A DNA stretch of 64,000 bases from Octopus sinensis (Eukaryota): positions 107,260,001 through 107,324,000 of the forward strand of contig NC_042998.1 of the NCBI RefSeq assembly GCF_006345805.1, read 5' to 3'. Of this stretch, positions 1 to 11,888 are shown one piece after another. Position 1 is the stretch's first letter. Each line of letters begins with the position of its first letter. The translations under genes and the position numbers were made by a program. The notes below the pieces were generated by a model that was not told the origin of the DNA, did not search any database, and was given only the letters and a program-made list of their open reading frames with translations.

Positions 1-252
1 AATGTATTTACATTTAGCTGATGTTGCCTTTTCTTCACCATAATGGTATTTCAAATTAGATTTTTGCGATGCTCACTGCATTATGTACGCTACACTAACC
101 TAATGAGTATATGACCTGAAAAAGAGATCAGTTTTATATCTATATAATGATATCCGGAACAGTGTGACACACATTGTTATAGCTTAGTCACAGAGGGAAA
201 GTAGTATTCTTTTCCTTTCCAAAGTCTCTGAAACTGGTGCACGCAAAAGAGA

Positions 253-467
253 GACTTATTAATAGTTATCGCCATACTAATATGGTAGTCTATAAATATA
301 AGACTAAAGCTGTCGCTGATTAGCTCCAAGAGGCAATCGCCTCTAGCTAGCTATTTGACACACGAACCTGCGTCCATTACAAACCTTCGAACAGGGGAGC
401 TAATCAGCGACAGCTTTAGTCTTATATTTATAGACTACCATATTTAGTATGGCGATAACTATTAATA
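253..467. repeat. Inverted repeat, ~75-bp arms (~253-328 / ~395-467), right side running on into (TA)n
   Basis: 'attaatagttatcgccatact...ctaaagctgtcgctgattagctcc' is the reverse complement of 'ggagctaatcagcgacagctttag...agtatggcgataactattaat'. The spacer contains a small hairpin agaggc-aatc-gcctct. Confidence 0.8.
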
Positions 468-517
468 TCCAGTAACGCTGCCGTAATCTCCTTTAGAGAG
501 ACTTAGTAATTTTAATA

Positions 518-571
<54 letters not shown>

Positions 572-599
572 ACACTCTATCCTAGAAATTACTATAAAC

Positions 600-785
600 T
601 GTATGCTTTGCGGCACTTCGCCTGTCTGCAACTTCTGAGTTCAAATTCCGCCGTGGTCGATTTTGCCTTTCATCCTTTCGTGGTCGATAAAATTAGTACC
701 AGTTGTATACTGAGGTCAATGTAAGTGACACATCCTCTCCTCCAAAATGGTTGCCCTTGTGGAAAAATTTGAAACCATTATTATT
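600..785 (+). mobile_element. tRNA-derived SINE family A, 5'-truncated
   Basis: B-box-like 'gagttcaaattcc' followed by the family core 'ggtcgattttgcctttcatcctttcgtggtcgataaaattagtaccag', which recurs many times in the window. Confidence 0.7.
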
Positions 786-1689
786 ATGTGATTAAGACTC
801 ATAGCTTAATTTGCTGAGTATGATAGGAAGTTTCAGCTCTCCACAGACCGCTGACACTTGTTTACAGGTCATGCTTCAAGAACCCTACGAAGGTTCACAA
901 TGTCACTTGTTACTCATTCTGTGTTATTATTTACTTGTTCACTATTATAATTCCACCATTAGTACAATAATCCTTACCTTATTATTTACTTGTTTACTAC
1001 TATAGTTTCACAATTATTACTATAATTATATTATGACAATAAGATCTAGAGGTCTTAATATTGTCTCCCCTGATTTCTTTAGACAACAAATGATGGCAGA
1101 TTTACGGCTGTTGGTTTAGCTAATGTTGCTGCGGCGCTAAATAAGAGATCAGGCTTGTTGTGTCTACTAATACAGGCTGTTTGATTGGACTGATAGTTGA
1201 CAGGCCTGGCGGTGGTTATCATTATGGGAGGCAATTTTTAAGAGGAGCGACGACAAGTTGGACATAGCATAGCTAAGAGATAGAAATCTATGAAAAACAT
1301 CTCAAAGTTTTAACAAAACTATAGTAATCTATCTATAAAACACATCATATTTACGATAAAGGAATCTATCGATGGAACATCACATCGTAGTTAAAATATA
1401 AGAATCTATAAATATCTCAAAGTTTTAGCAAACATGTAGACAATTCTCTAAAAACCATCTCAAATCTTTGAATCACACACAGTAATATTTCATAGTTTGA
1501 AGGAATAGAAAAGATTTAAACATTTTTCGTGAGCCGTTAAATGGCCAACCTATCATCGTGGCTGAATACCGAGTAGGAGAGGGGGAAAGAGAGAGAGAGG
1601 GCGAAGAGGAAGCAGGTAAGCTCGCTGAAATTTCAGCATAAGTACAAAATATACATTCAACAGATTAGATTGTTGGAAAAGAAAGAAAT

Positions 1690-2635
1690 CTTAACATCGG
1701 GCTACAAGTAACCTTAGATGCCAAGAACCTTCCTAAGTATTCTAGCTGTCCCTAATAACACTGTTTTCTAGAGCTGTACTAAACTGTCTCTGTGTCCTCT
1801 ATCCATCTGTTCAGATCTTTAGAGATAGTTCCTAAAACACCTATAACTACTGGTATACATTTTACCCGCACTTTCCGTAGTCTCTGTAATTCAATAGCTA
1901 TGTCCTGGTACTTTGCTATTTTTCTCAATACTTCACATATTAATTTTTTCATCATTTGTGACTATGAAGTCAAATATCTGGCACTTTCTGTTCTCTTTAT
2001 CTACTACTACCAAATCAGGCCTTCTAGCTTCTATTACCATGTCTGTCTGAATGTTAAAGTCCCACAACATATTACATTTCTTACTAGGTTCATGTTCATA
2101 CCATTCATTAGTATGTGCAAAGCTTTCTACATAGTTCCCAGTGGATTAGTATCCCTAGATTGTCATGTCTTTTCTTGTATTCTTTCTGTGCCAGCATGCT
2201 ACATTCACTTACTATATGAGTAACGCTTTTTTTCTTTTGATTTGCGTAATATACACTGGGAATCTAATTGTTTTTTATCTATCTTGGCTTTTATCCAATT
2301 AGCCCTTAACGCTTGATCTTGTGCAGCTACTAACAAACTTTCTGTCCCTCTCTTCAGCTTTCCTTTATGCAACCATAACCATTTCTCACTACAACTATCT
2401 GCTGCAACTATCTTTGAAAATCTACAATGCAACGCCTTTTCCTGCCAGTCAAATCATTTCTGTTCTTTTTTCTGGATTTTTAACTTCCTTTGGGTTTTTG
2501 GTTTCCCTATGTCTGTAACTCTAACAGCTTTTAATAAACTTTCTTCACTATCACTTACATAGCAGTCTATATCTACTCTAGCTAACTCCACGCACTCTTC
2601 TATTGATATTAACCCTTTTCCACCTTTTTTCTAGG
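1690..2635 (-). mobile_element. Decayed R4/Dong-like RLE non-LTR retrotransposon, 3' part
   Basis: Minus strand reads PRKKGGKGLISIEECVE (thumb), TESLLVAAQDQALRANWIKAKID, PDLVVVDK (RLE) and the C-terminus KTVLLGTARILRKVLGI*. It has stops and frameshifts, and the 5' end abuts (AAT)n. Confidence 0.8.
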
Positions 2636-2643
2636 TTGTTTTA

Positions 2644-2677
<34 letters not shown>

Positions 2678-3034
2678 ATGTTACACGTTTAATATTTGCG
2701 TTTACTTTTCTTATCTTTTCAGTATGCCTAACAACGTTAATGTCACGAGCTTCGGCAGCTAATATGAGATCAGGTGAGTAATATTTAGTATAAGACTGAA
2801 AATATTCAAACTTGAAATAATATTTAATTAGTATTTCTAACATGGGCAAAAAGTCACACATTTTATGGGATAGCACTATCAATTTTATCAACCCCGCTGC
2901 TTGAAATGTACTCTACGGCAACACTCACCTCTTTTAACGCTTTCTTGTAATGATCTCAAACACTACATCATCATCATCATCATCATCATCATCATTATCA
3001 TTATCATCATCGCCACCACCCTAATAATAATAAT

Positions 3035-3532
3035 AAGTATTCAAGTTGTGGGGCATGAAGTTAAAAACAATACCAATAATAATTGGAGCGTTGGGCATGA
3101 TTAAAAACATATGAACAAAAACGCAGAAGCTATACCTGGATCCTCAACACTACACACTATTTAAAAAATGGCCCTACTAGGAACATCCCACATCCTACGC
3201 AAGACAATATCAATTCAATAATACAACCTAAACGAAACAACCCACAAACACAAGACACACTCTATACAGCAATTATCCAGTGAAATAAACTCCCACCAGC
3301 AATCTTAGTAACCAATGCATTACACACTCAACACACAATGCACGCAGTAATACAGTAAAAGACTGCACCATACCTCAAGAGAAAAAAACTAACACAATCC
3401 AGTACTGGGAAGAGTTCCCACATTCCCAACAGCAGAAAAGAACACACAATGCTGCACACACTCCAGCAACACGGAGGTGTAGCAGGAGATGCAGTAGAAA
3501 TTTGTTTCAAACTATCAAAAGTTGAGCAATTG

Positions 3533-3535
<3 letters not shown>
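3035..3535 (+). mobile_element. R4/Dong-like 3' fragment with 3' UTR
   Basis: KLWGMKLKTIPIIIGALGMIK...ALLGTSHILRKTISIQ* matches the C-terminus at 27480-27620. It ends in (TAA)n, and the UTR end resembles ~20230-20305. Confidence 0.75.
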
Positions 3536-3596
<61 letters not shown>

Positions 3597-4740
3597 GTAA
3601 TAATAATTTCTATTATTAGCCACAGGGGTATAGATAAGGGAACATCACAAGGATAGAAAACAATTTGTGTGGAAATTTACATAAACGACAGGGAAAGACA
3701 GTGAAATACGATTAAAGTTTGCATAGTATAGAAAGTATGTGATAACAAGAAGGATATAGTCCTCGTAATACAGCAGGAACTCCAACTACGGTCAATCAAG
3801 GAACTTCGCAGATCCAGGATTACCCTGACCAACAAAGCTATGAGCTGATGAAGATGATCATGGCGGTGGTGGTGGTGGTGGTGGTGGTGGTGGTGGGGTT
3901 GGTGGTGGTGGTGGTGGTGGTGGTGGTGCTGCTGCTGCTGCTGCTGGTTTAGGAACTAGTTAATTATATTGAATGGCTCATTATTTTACGGATCCAGAAA
4001 GGGTAAAAAGCATCTTGTGCATATGTAAGCTTGTACATGGAAAAAAGCGTGAACAGAGTGGGGTCTCTAGAGGATTGCAGTTTGAGATGATTCATATCCT
4101 GAGATTTAGTGATAAGATTTTTTAACTCTAAAGAGCGTTGCGAATGATTCTCATAGAATAGATGGAAACAGTTTTCCGCAACTCGCTATGTCTTGATTCC
4201 ATATGTCATTCCGCTGTCACTCGGACTTAAAACAACTGTAATGGGGATAATAGTAATAACAAAACACTCCTCTCACGTGGTATGTGCTTGTCATTATACC
4301 GTCAGTCAGTGTCAATATGAGTAGAGAGTATAAAGTAGGCGGTCATAGTCGTGGTCTTACGTGTCTAAGTAACTATACTGCTATACTGGAGTGGGCGTTA
4401 TAACAGTTCCACAGAGGATTACAACTTCTGGTTTTGTTGCCAGTACATCTAACAACAGATGTATCTTCCAATTACATCTAATTCCAGATACTTTTCAACA
4501 TTTTCTGTTTCCTTTGCGTCGACTCTAAAATTACATTATATCAAAATCTATAACATGACTTAGTTTCGTCATTTTTAGTTTATCCTCTGTGCTGCTATTG
4601 TATGTTCAATTTTCATAGATGCAATGGGCTCTTAAAATTGTAATTTTAAATAACAGCTTCTACCCTGGTAATAATGCCATTTTCATCTACTTTAAATAAA
4701 ATCGTTTACAACTCCCTTGGGTTTCTCCTCCCCCCTTCTT

Positions 4741-4878
<138 letters not shown>

Positions 4879-6572
4879 CTATGACTTCTTTTATATGCAG
4901 ATAGTGTTTCGTCCACACATTATAAAATTACCAGCTTCATCTATTTAGCCAAAAGTACAAGAATTAATATCTTACAGTCAACGAAATTTCTTCTAGTCAA
5001 CGTCTCTTCTAAATTATTTAAAAATAGGTTCCTGTTCCTCCGTTAATCTCTTATCTCTCAGCCAAACCTATTGTTGTTTTCTTTTGAGTTTTTTAATTTG
5101 CCTGAGTAATGGTCCGTGAATCAGTTTGTTTTCCTTTTTGTTGGGGTTTCTAATTTTCCATCTTCGCGTTTCTGTTTTATCGCTTTCTTGCCCTCTAACT
5201 TCCAACAACATTGTACCAGTTGCATAATATTTGACTTCACATATATGACTTCTTATAATATTTCTGCCAATTAATTATAAGTTTTTTGTTTGTTTTTTGT
5301 TTTGGTGGGGCACTTCTCTTGAATCCTTCCTCCACGTAATATTTCATCTTCCACCATATCTTCCTCCCACCTTCAAATATTCCCTCGGGTTTACCTCTTC
5401 CCAGTCTTTATAATAAGGATGACATGTGTGTTAACACGAGGCTGTATCCTAAAATGTCGACTGAATTTCTAAAGACTTAATCAATGAATTCAACACTTTT
5501 CAATTACGTTTGAAGTACAGCTTGAGACCACCTCTAATGAGAAATATTTCAGTCTTTTATGACTTCGGTCTAAATCATACCTCATTAGATATTCTTTGCA
5601 TATAAGGGGTTAAATCACTTGCTTTTTCAATTTCCCCATCGTTCCTTGATCAATTTCTAATTTAGCTACCTAGGGACTCATACTTTATTTCAGCATAATT
5701 TCATGCCCAATCATATATACCAAATATTTTCAGACATTCTAGAATCCCGGAATCTGAGATCATATTATGAATTATCGCAATAGCCAATGCATTCCCGTTA
5801 TTTGGTTCCTCTTCCTATTTTTCACACCCTTTCCCACCCCGGGAAATATACAGTATATCATTGGCTTCCCGTGAGTCCCTTACGGCATCCACAAGAAATA
5901 TATAATACATTTTCATGAAAATTTATATTTAATCATTTTATAACTTCACCTCAGTACTGTAACTGGTTATTAGACGTACAGATATGTGACTATTGCATCT
6001 ACAGTTATTCATTGTAAGACTATGTCACATCCATTGTTATAGAAGCCTTTTCCTCGTCCTGTTTTCTTGGCAAATCTGTAATTTATACTTTAGCTAAAGC
6101 ATAGACTAAATATTAGCACCTGGTAACAAGGGTTCTATTGATTTTCTAGCAGGTTCAGCAACAACATAGAAACTCATAAACGTTAACATCTTGAATATTG
6201 ACAAAAAGTTACAGCACTCCATTAACGGGACACTGACATCGATGAATCAACGAACCTCACATTCCTACAAAACATTAGTATCAGTGGTAGCTGTTGGTAC
6301 ATAACTCCAAATTATCTCTGACTGAGAAGACCTAAGCCATGCAGAAAGTTAGTCGAACAAAATAGTTGCAACCCTAGGATCTACTGTTACAGATATACTG
6401 TTCCTCTGCTTATCGGAAGATTATGGTGGAAACAACGACAAGCAATGGTGAATCGTATTGGGTACTGGGATACAGTGTGACAGTATGAACATTAGATTAT
6501 ACAAGTGTGAATGTGTGGGTGCGCGTATCTTTTACATAATTCCATAAATGTATGTGTATGTACATGCATATG

Positions 6573-6635
<63 letters not shown>

Positions 6636-6674
6636 ATATATATATATTATATATATATATTTATATTTATAATT

Positions 6675-6706
<32 letters not shown>

Positions 6707-6752
6707 ATATATTTATAATCTACTACAAGATTATTCATCTTTCTATTTCACA

Positions 6753-6808
<56 letters not shown>

Positions 6809-7027
6809 ATATAAATATGTGAAATAGAAAGATGAATAATCTTGTAGTAGATTAATCAAAAGTTTAACCGATACCTTAGTAGCAAAAATCACAGCAGTAA
6901 ACAGCACGGTTGGAGGTACAACCATCTGGCGTTGCAACCGTGCGTTGGTGCGGATAATTGAAATTAAAACATTATTGGTGAATTGAAGAAATGGAGCTGA
7001 ACGCAGATTGAACAGAAATCGTTTTAT

Positions 7028-7115
7028 TTCATTCTACACGTGTTTCGAAGGCACAAATTACCAAAATCCGATTGAATAATGGGACCATATTGTGTCTTTC
7101 TCTTCAGGAAGAAAA
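7028..7115 (-). ncRNA. Type I hammerhead ribozyme motif in PLE pLTR
   Basis: Minus: ttc CTGAAGA gaaagacacaa...ttgtgccttc GAAAC acgt GTA gaa, with palindromic stem III. Confidence 0.7.
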
Positions 7116-7709
7116 AAGGAAATCCGTTGGAAAAACAAAAACAGAACAGAGGCGGAGCAAAAACAAATCGAACTATGCTCCTAAGAGCCCATGGCGAAAC
7201 TGTTTATCAGTGTATGTTGAGAACCGGTGGCTGAAGAATTCAACGGGTCAGGCATCGGTCAATCATGTGGGTGAGGGTGTATAGATGTTCTTTGTGACCG
7301 AGAATAAAGTTCTGACTATTTAAGGAATATTGGATGTTTTATAAGGGGCGAGAAAAAATCTACTTAGAGACGTGTGTGTGTGTATACTGTTCTATATAAG
7401 TGTGTGTTGGTGTAGGGGTAGAAAACATTTTTTGTGTACGTGTGTGCGTTTGATCGTTCGGCTGTCAGTGGCTACTGCCGTGATAACCGTTGGGTGGCAG
7501 AAAGAAAAAATATATATATATATTATGTTTTATGTGTGTGTGTGTTCATCTAAGCCTGCCTTGTCAAGGAAACTCCCCCGCTGTGAAAAAACCAAGCCCC
7601 GTTTGTCTTACAGGAGTAATTCCCCTTGCAGTGGTTAATCGTAGATATCTTAAAGGCTATTTCAGAATTTGTTACCAAGGGCTATGGGTGCCGGTATTAT
7701 TTATAAACG

Positions 7710-8045
7710 CTATTTAAAAGCCAGATAAGTGTAACGCCGCCAATGGGGGCATCGAAAAGCCGACTGTAAGAGCCCGTTTACCATCCGGCCTCTGGCAAAC
7801 AAAATATGGAAGAGTTCGGAGACACAAAGGTTGCACTGTCTTCTGCCCCTATCAAATGGGAGGGCCACCGACAAAATTGACCATTCCAGCCTATAGCTTA
7901 AGTTCGTATCCTTCAGTCGCCATATTAGCTTACTGAGTCCCGTGGTCTGGCGCTTGTTCACGTCCCGAAAAGTTGCGTAATGGTTGGAGACACGCAAAGA
8001 CAATCTTGAGGATGATGCCCCTACATAAGTGAAGACATCTGAGTC
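7710..8045 (-). CDS. C-terminal part of a PLE GIY-YIG endonuclease (truncated transposon ORF)
   Basis: TYVGASSSRLSLRVSNHYATF...TGLSKLIWRLK...LEWSIL...QCNLCVSELFHIL...MVN...RCPH fits the YIG, catalytic R, E and N residues plus the CxxC...CxH of PLE endonucleases. The ORF's N-terminal ~39 aa are read from the inverted pLTR and are not real. Confidence 0.8.
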   Translation of the reverse strand, partial: DSDVFTYVGASSSRLSLRVSNHYATFRDVNKRQTTGLSKLIWRLKDTNLSYRLEWSILSVALPFDRGRRQCNLCVSELFHILFARGRMVNGLLQSAFRCPHWRRYTYLAFK

Positions 8046-8419
8046 CGTTATCACGGCAGTAGCCACTGACAGCCGAACGATCAAACGCACACACGTACAC
8101 AAAAAATGTTTTCTACCCCTACACCAACACACACATATATAGAACAGTATACACACACACACGTCTCTAAGTAGATTTTTTCTCGCCCCTTATAAAACAT
8201 CCAATATTCCTTAAATAGTCAGAACTTTATTCTCGGTCACAAAGAACATCTATACACCCTCACCCACATGATTGACCGATGCCTGACCCGTTGAATTCTT
8301 CAGCCACCGGTTCTCAACATACACTGATAAACAGTTTCGCCATGGGCTCTTAGGAGCATAGTTCGATTTGTTTTTGCTCCGCCTCTGTTCTGTTTTTGTT
8401 TTTCCAACGGATTTCCTTT

Positions 8420-8508
8420 TTTCTTCCTGAAGAGAAAGACACAATATGGTCCCATTATTCAATCGGATTTTGGTAATTTGTGCCTTTCGAAACACGTGTA
8501 GAATGAAA
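8420..8508 (+). ncRNA. Type I hammerhead ribozyme motif (inverted pLTR copy)
   Basis: CTGAAGA 8427-8433; stem II gaaagacacaa/ttgtgcctttc; GAAAC 8489-8493; GTA 8498-8500; stem I ttc/gaa. Confidence 0.72.
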
Positions 8509-8589
8509 TAAAACGATTTCTGTTCAATCTGCGTTCAGCTCCATTTCTTCAATTCACCAATAATGGTATATATATAAATATATATATAT

Positions 8590-8989
8590 AAATGAAAGAA
8601 TGGAGTTGAACGACGATTTAACAAAATTCCTTTATTCTCGACATATGTTTCGAAGGCTGCATATTCTTAATTTCGAAGGAATAAGGGGTGCCGCCTTCTC
8701 ATCAGGAAAAACAAGGGTGATGAGAAGGCGGTATAATGCACCCCTTATTCCTTCGAAATTAGGAATATGCAGCCTTCGAAACATATGTCGAGAATAAAGG
8801 AATTTTGTTAAATCGTCGTTCAACTCCATTCTTTCATTTATTTGTATTAAAAAAAACACACAAATTTCCACACGAAAGCACGTGATCTCTGCCCTTGGCA
8901 TGTAGCTTCAACCGTGTTTTTCTTACGTGAATTTGCTACCCAGGTATCGGTTAACTGAATTATCCATACTAAGATAATTCATTCAACTA

Positions 8990-8992
<3 letters not shown>
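8590..8992. mobile_element. Second PLE-type pLTR family: inverted pair (8590-8705 / 8717-8840) plus 3' tail ending in (TA)n
   Basis: The arms are reverse complements. The tail 'aaccgtg...tgctacccaggtatcggttaa...taagataattcat' resembles the minus-strand terminus of the 6812-6960 element. Confidence 0.75.
8635..8710 (-). ncRNA. Type I hammerhead ribozyme motif, canonical core
   Basis: Minus: ttttc CTGATGA gaaggcggca...tgcagccttc GAAAC atat GTC gagaa. All core bases, stem I and a GUC triplet are present. The plus-strand partner at ~8717-8795 lacks C3 (gTGATGA). Confidence 0.78.
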
Positions 8993-9088
<96 letters not shown>

Positions 9089-9118
9089 CATATTATATAA
9101 GTTTATGTTTTTAAAACT

Positions 9119-9160
<42 letters not shown>

Positions 9161-9254
9161 CGTTTTAAAAACATAAACTGCTGGCCCTATGTCAGAAATT
9201 TGAAGCTATTGTTATATTATTATTATTATTATATTATTATTATTATTATTATTA

Positions 9255-9292
<38 letters not shown>

Positions 9293-9424
9293 CATTATTA
9301 ATATATAAGGTTTTGTTGTAACTCCTGGAATCTTGCATTAAGTACCAGTTGAGTACTGGCGTCGATGTAATCAACTATCCCCCTCCTCCTAATTCCAGGC
9401 TTTGTGCTTATAATAGAAAGGATT

Positions 9425-9952
9425 TCATGCTATGAAAGTGACACTGAGGTAAAATATACGAACCCCAATATACCCATTATGTCTACCCGTCTACACCAGC
9501 CACATGCATCACAACCATACGTTCGTGACATGGTGATCTCATATCAAGATAAGCAGCACATGGCCTTGCAGGTGGTGTCCAGTTAGAATTTTCTTAAGCT
9601 CGAGTAGCCCATCCCGATCAAAAGGTCCCTGAATAAGGATTGTTTAAGGATGCTGAACGAAACACCCATGTTTCCAAAGGTGAATTATCCAAACCCCAGA
9701 GAATTCCTCTCCACACATGGTTATGATGCTCTCCCACTACTTCTGCTCGTGATCAGAGATGCACATATCGTCAGCCACTAAGGGACATGGTCAACTGGTT
9801 ATGGTCAAACAATTGAAACGCAAATTTGTGATATTCAGCATAATATTTGCTGTAGCCCATCTTTTATACCAAGACAAAACAATATACATGATGACACGTT
9901 CAATCAGTTATGATCAGGAGCCATGAAAACCACTTCCTGGTACTGCATCAGG
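9425..9952. repeat. Unclassified interspersed repeat
   Basis: GC-richer block between a SINE tail and (TAG)n with no recognisable ORF. Repeat status is inferred. Confidence 0.3.
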
Positions 9953-10042
<90 letters not shown>

Positions 10043-10045
<3 letters not shown>

Positions 10046-10145
10046 TGGTTTGACTCAGGTTCGGTCTTATTCCCGACAGGAATTGTGGATAGCTGATTAT
10101 TATGTGTAACCTTAGGTATCCACAAGTTTTCAGCAGTCTTTCAAG
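10043..10145 (-). mobile_element. 3' UTR end of the R4-like family at 24545-24645
   Basis: Minus 'aagactgctgaaaacttgtggatacctaaggttac...aataagaccgaacctgag' matches 24548-24635. It is flanked by trinucleotide repeats. Confidence 0.7.
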
Positions 10146-10202
10146 AGCTGATTATTATCATTATTATTATTATTATTACTATTATTATTATTATTATTAT
10201 TA

Positions 10203-10243
<41 letters not shown>

Positions 10244-10759
10244 CCTTTTCTCAATCACCAAGACAACGATCGAAATTAGCGTTTTTTTTTTTAATTTACT
10301 ATCGCTATTTTCCATATCACAATCCTTTACTTTTTAAACTGTTGGCCTTTTTCTACACAGCCGACATCTTTGCACTGTTGCTAGATTACTAACTTATACA
10401 TAAAATGTTTAGAAGCTACACGTAATCTTGAAAATGAAGCTAGGGGTTTTGACCACTGTTTATAGTGTGTCAAAATGAAATCGCTGTTGGAAAAGGAAAA
10501 CCTCTAATAAAGACCAATAATAAAACTTTATTCCTTACATAGATACCAAAACTAACATCCTAGGAATGCATAAATATAAAATGGCAAGATATTTTAAATG
10601 AAAAGTAAACATTGGCAGCATTTATTCTCACAAAATGATAATGCTATGGCTTTTTGCAATATAAATGCATGCAATTATGCAAACAAAATTTTTAAAGGGG
10701 AAATCGAATAAGACTAAAAAATTACCAAACAAGAAGGGGATATATATATATGTATATAC

Positions 10760-10845
<86 letters not shown>

Positions 10846-11159
10846 AGGACAGAGAGAGGGAGAGAAAGGAAGAGGTGCACGTGCGCGCATACATGCATAC
10901 ATATATATATATACATAAATATTTATATCTATATATATATGCATGTGTGTATGTGCGTGTGAATACGTGTAGATATTGGGAAGGGGTAAATGACCTTGCG
11001 CACGCGAAAAGGCACCCAAGGCACACAACAGCGCACGAAAATACAATAGAACACACATATACACACACCACACACACACACATTCTCTCATAAGATATTT
11101 TTCCAGGTGAATAGAAAATGAAGACAATCTTGTATCTGGGGTGGGGGAATCATTCATTC

Positions 11160-11293
11160 TAATGTTTGATGCAAGGCCAGTAATTTTGAGAAGGAGAACA
11201 AGTCGTTTACATCGACCTTAATGATGGACTGATAATAGTGGGGAACTGCTAAGCATTTTGTCCGGCGCACTCACGATTCTGCCAGCTCGCCGA
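11160..11293 (-). mobile_element. SINE family A, internally deleted
   Basis: The 5' head 'cgattctgccagctcgcc' and the family tail are both present. Confidence 0.55.
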
Positions 11294-11444
11294 CCTACTT
11301 TGGGGAAATAATTACAGAAAAACAAGAGACTAAAAATTGTAGTTGTTGATGAGGGAAGGTTTAGGAAAGAATGCAGCAAATATTTGACTGGCTAGTTAAT
11401 TATTTAGTTCAACAGCGTTGCTCACAGCGCACCCTGTCCGGTTT

Positions 11445-11492
11445 CTGTGTCCGACGAGGAGATGACCACTCTGAAATGCTAGCATCTCACAA
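11445..11492 (+). ncRNA. Hammerhead-like motif with CCGA core variant
   Basis: tgtgt CCGACGA ggag-atgacca-ctct GAAAT gctagc ATC tcaca. Stem III is palindromic (ATGCTAGCAT) and stem I is tgtg/caca. Confidence 0.5.
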
Positions 11493-11838
11493 TCTGGACA
11501 GGTGACGCAACGAGCTAATTTTCGTGTATTTATACCATTTGTCTACACCGAGAAATTTTCTCCATGACAAAACACGATGAATGGCTTTCTTACGGGTTCG
11601 AATATGCCCCAAGCATATTTGAACTGGTAATTACCTTGTACTTATAATTGTTTCATTTCAGAAATCTCCATAGTTTTATGACTGTGCGAAATTTGTTATC
11701 GTGTCACACAACTTCCGGTTCAGTTCCCAACTCTCTCTCCCCCTCACTTTTCCCCTCTCCCCGTCTCTTTCTCTCTGTTTCAGTCCTCTCTATCTACCTA
11801 TCCATCTATATATATATAGCCATCTATCTACCTATCCA

Positions 11839-11888
<50 letters not shown>

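Larger units (their letters stand above)
6812..8564 (-). mobile_element. Penelope-like element: 5'-truncated copy (GIY-YIG end, 3' region/pLTR) with an inverted pLTR copy at 8046-8564
   Basis: 8046-8564 is a near-identical reverse complement of ~6970-7488. The GIY-YIG fragment lies between the arms, each arm carries an HHR, and (TA)n flanks both sides. Confidence 0.85.

Noticed and set aside
7072-7284. 70-aa ORF duplicated at 8250-8495(-)
   Set aside because: It is antisense to the pLTR/HHR, and the duplication simply reflects the inverted repeat.
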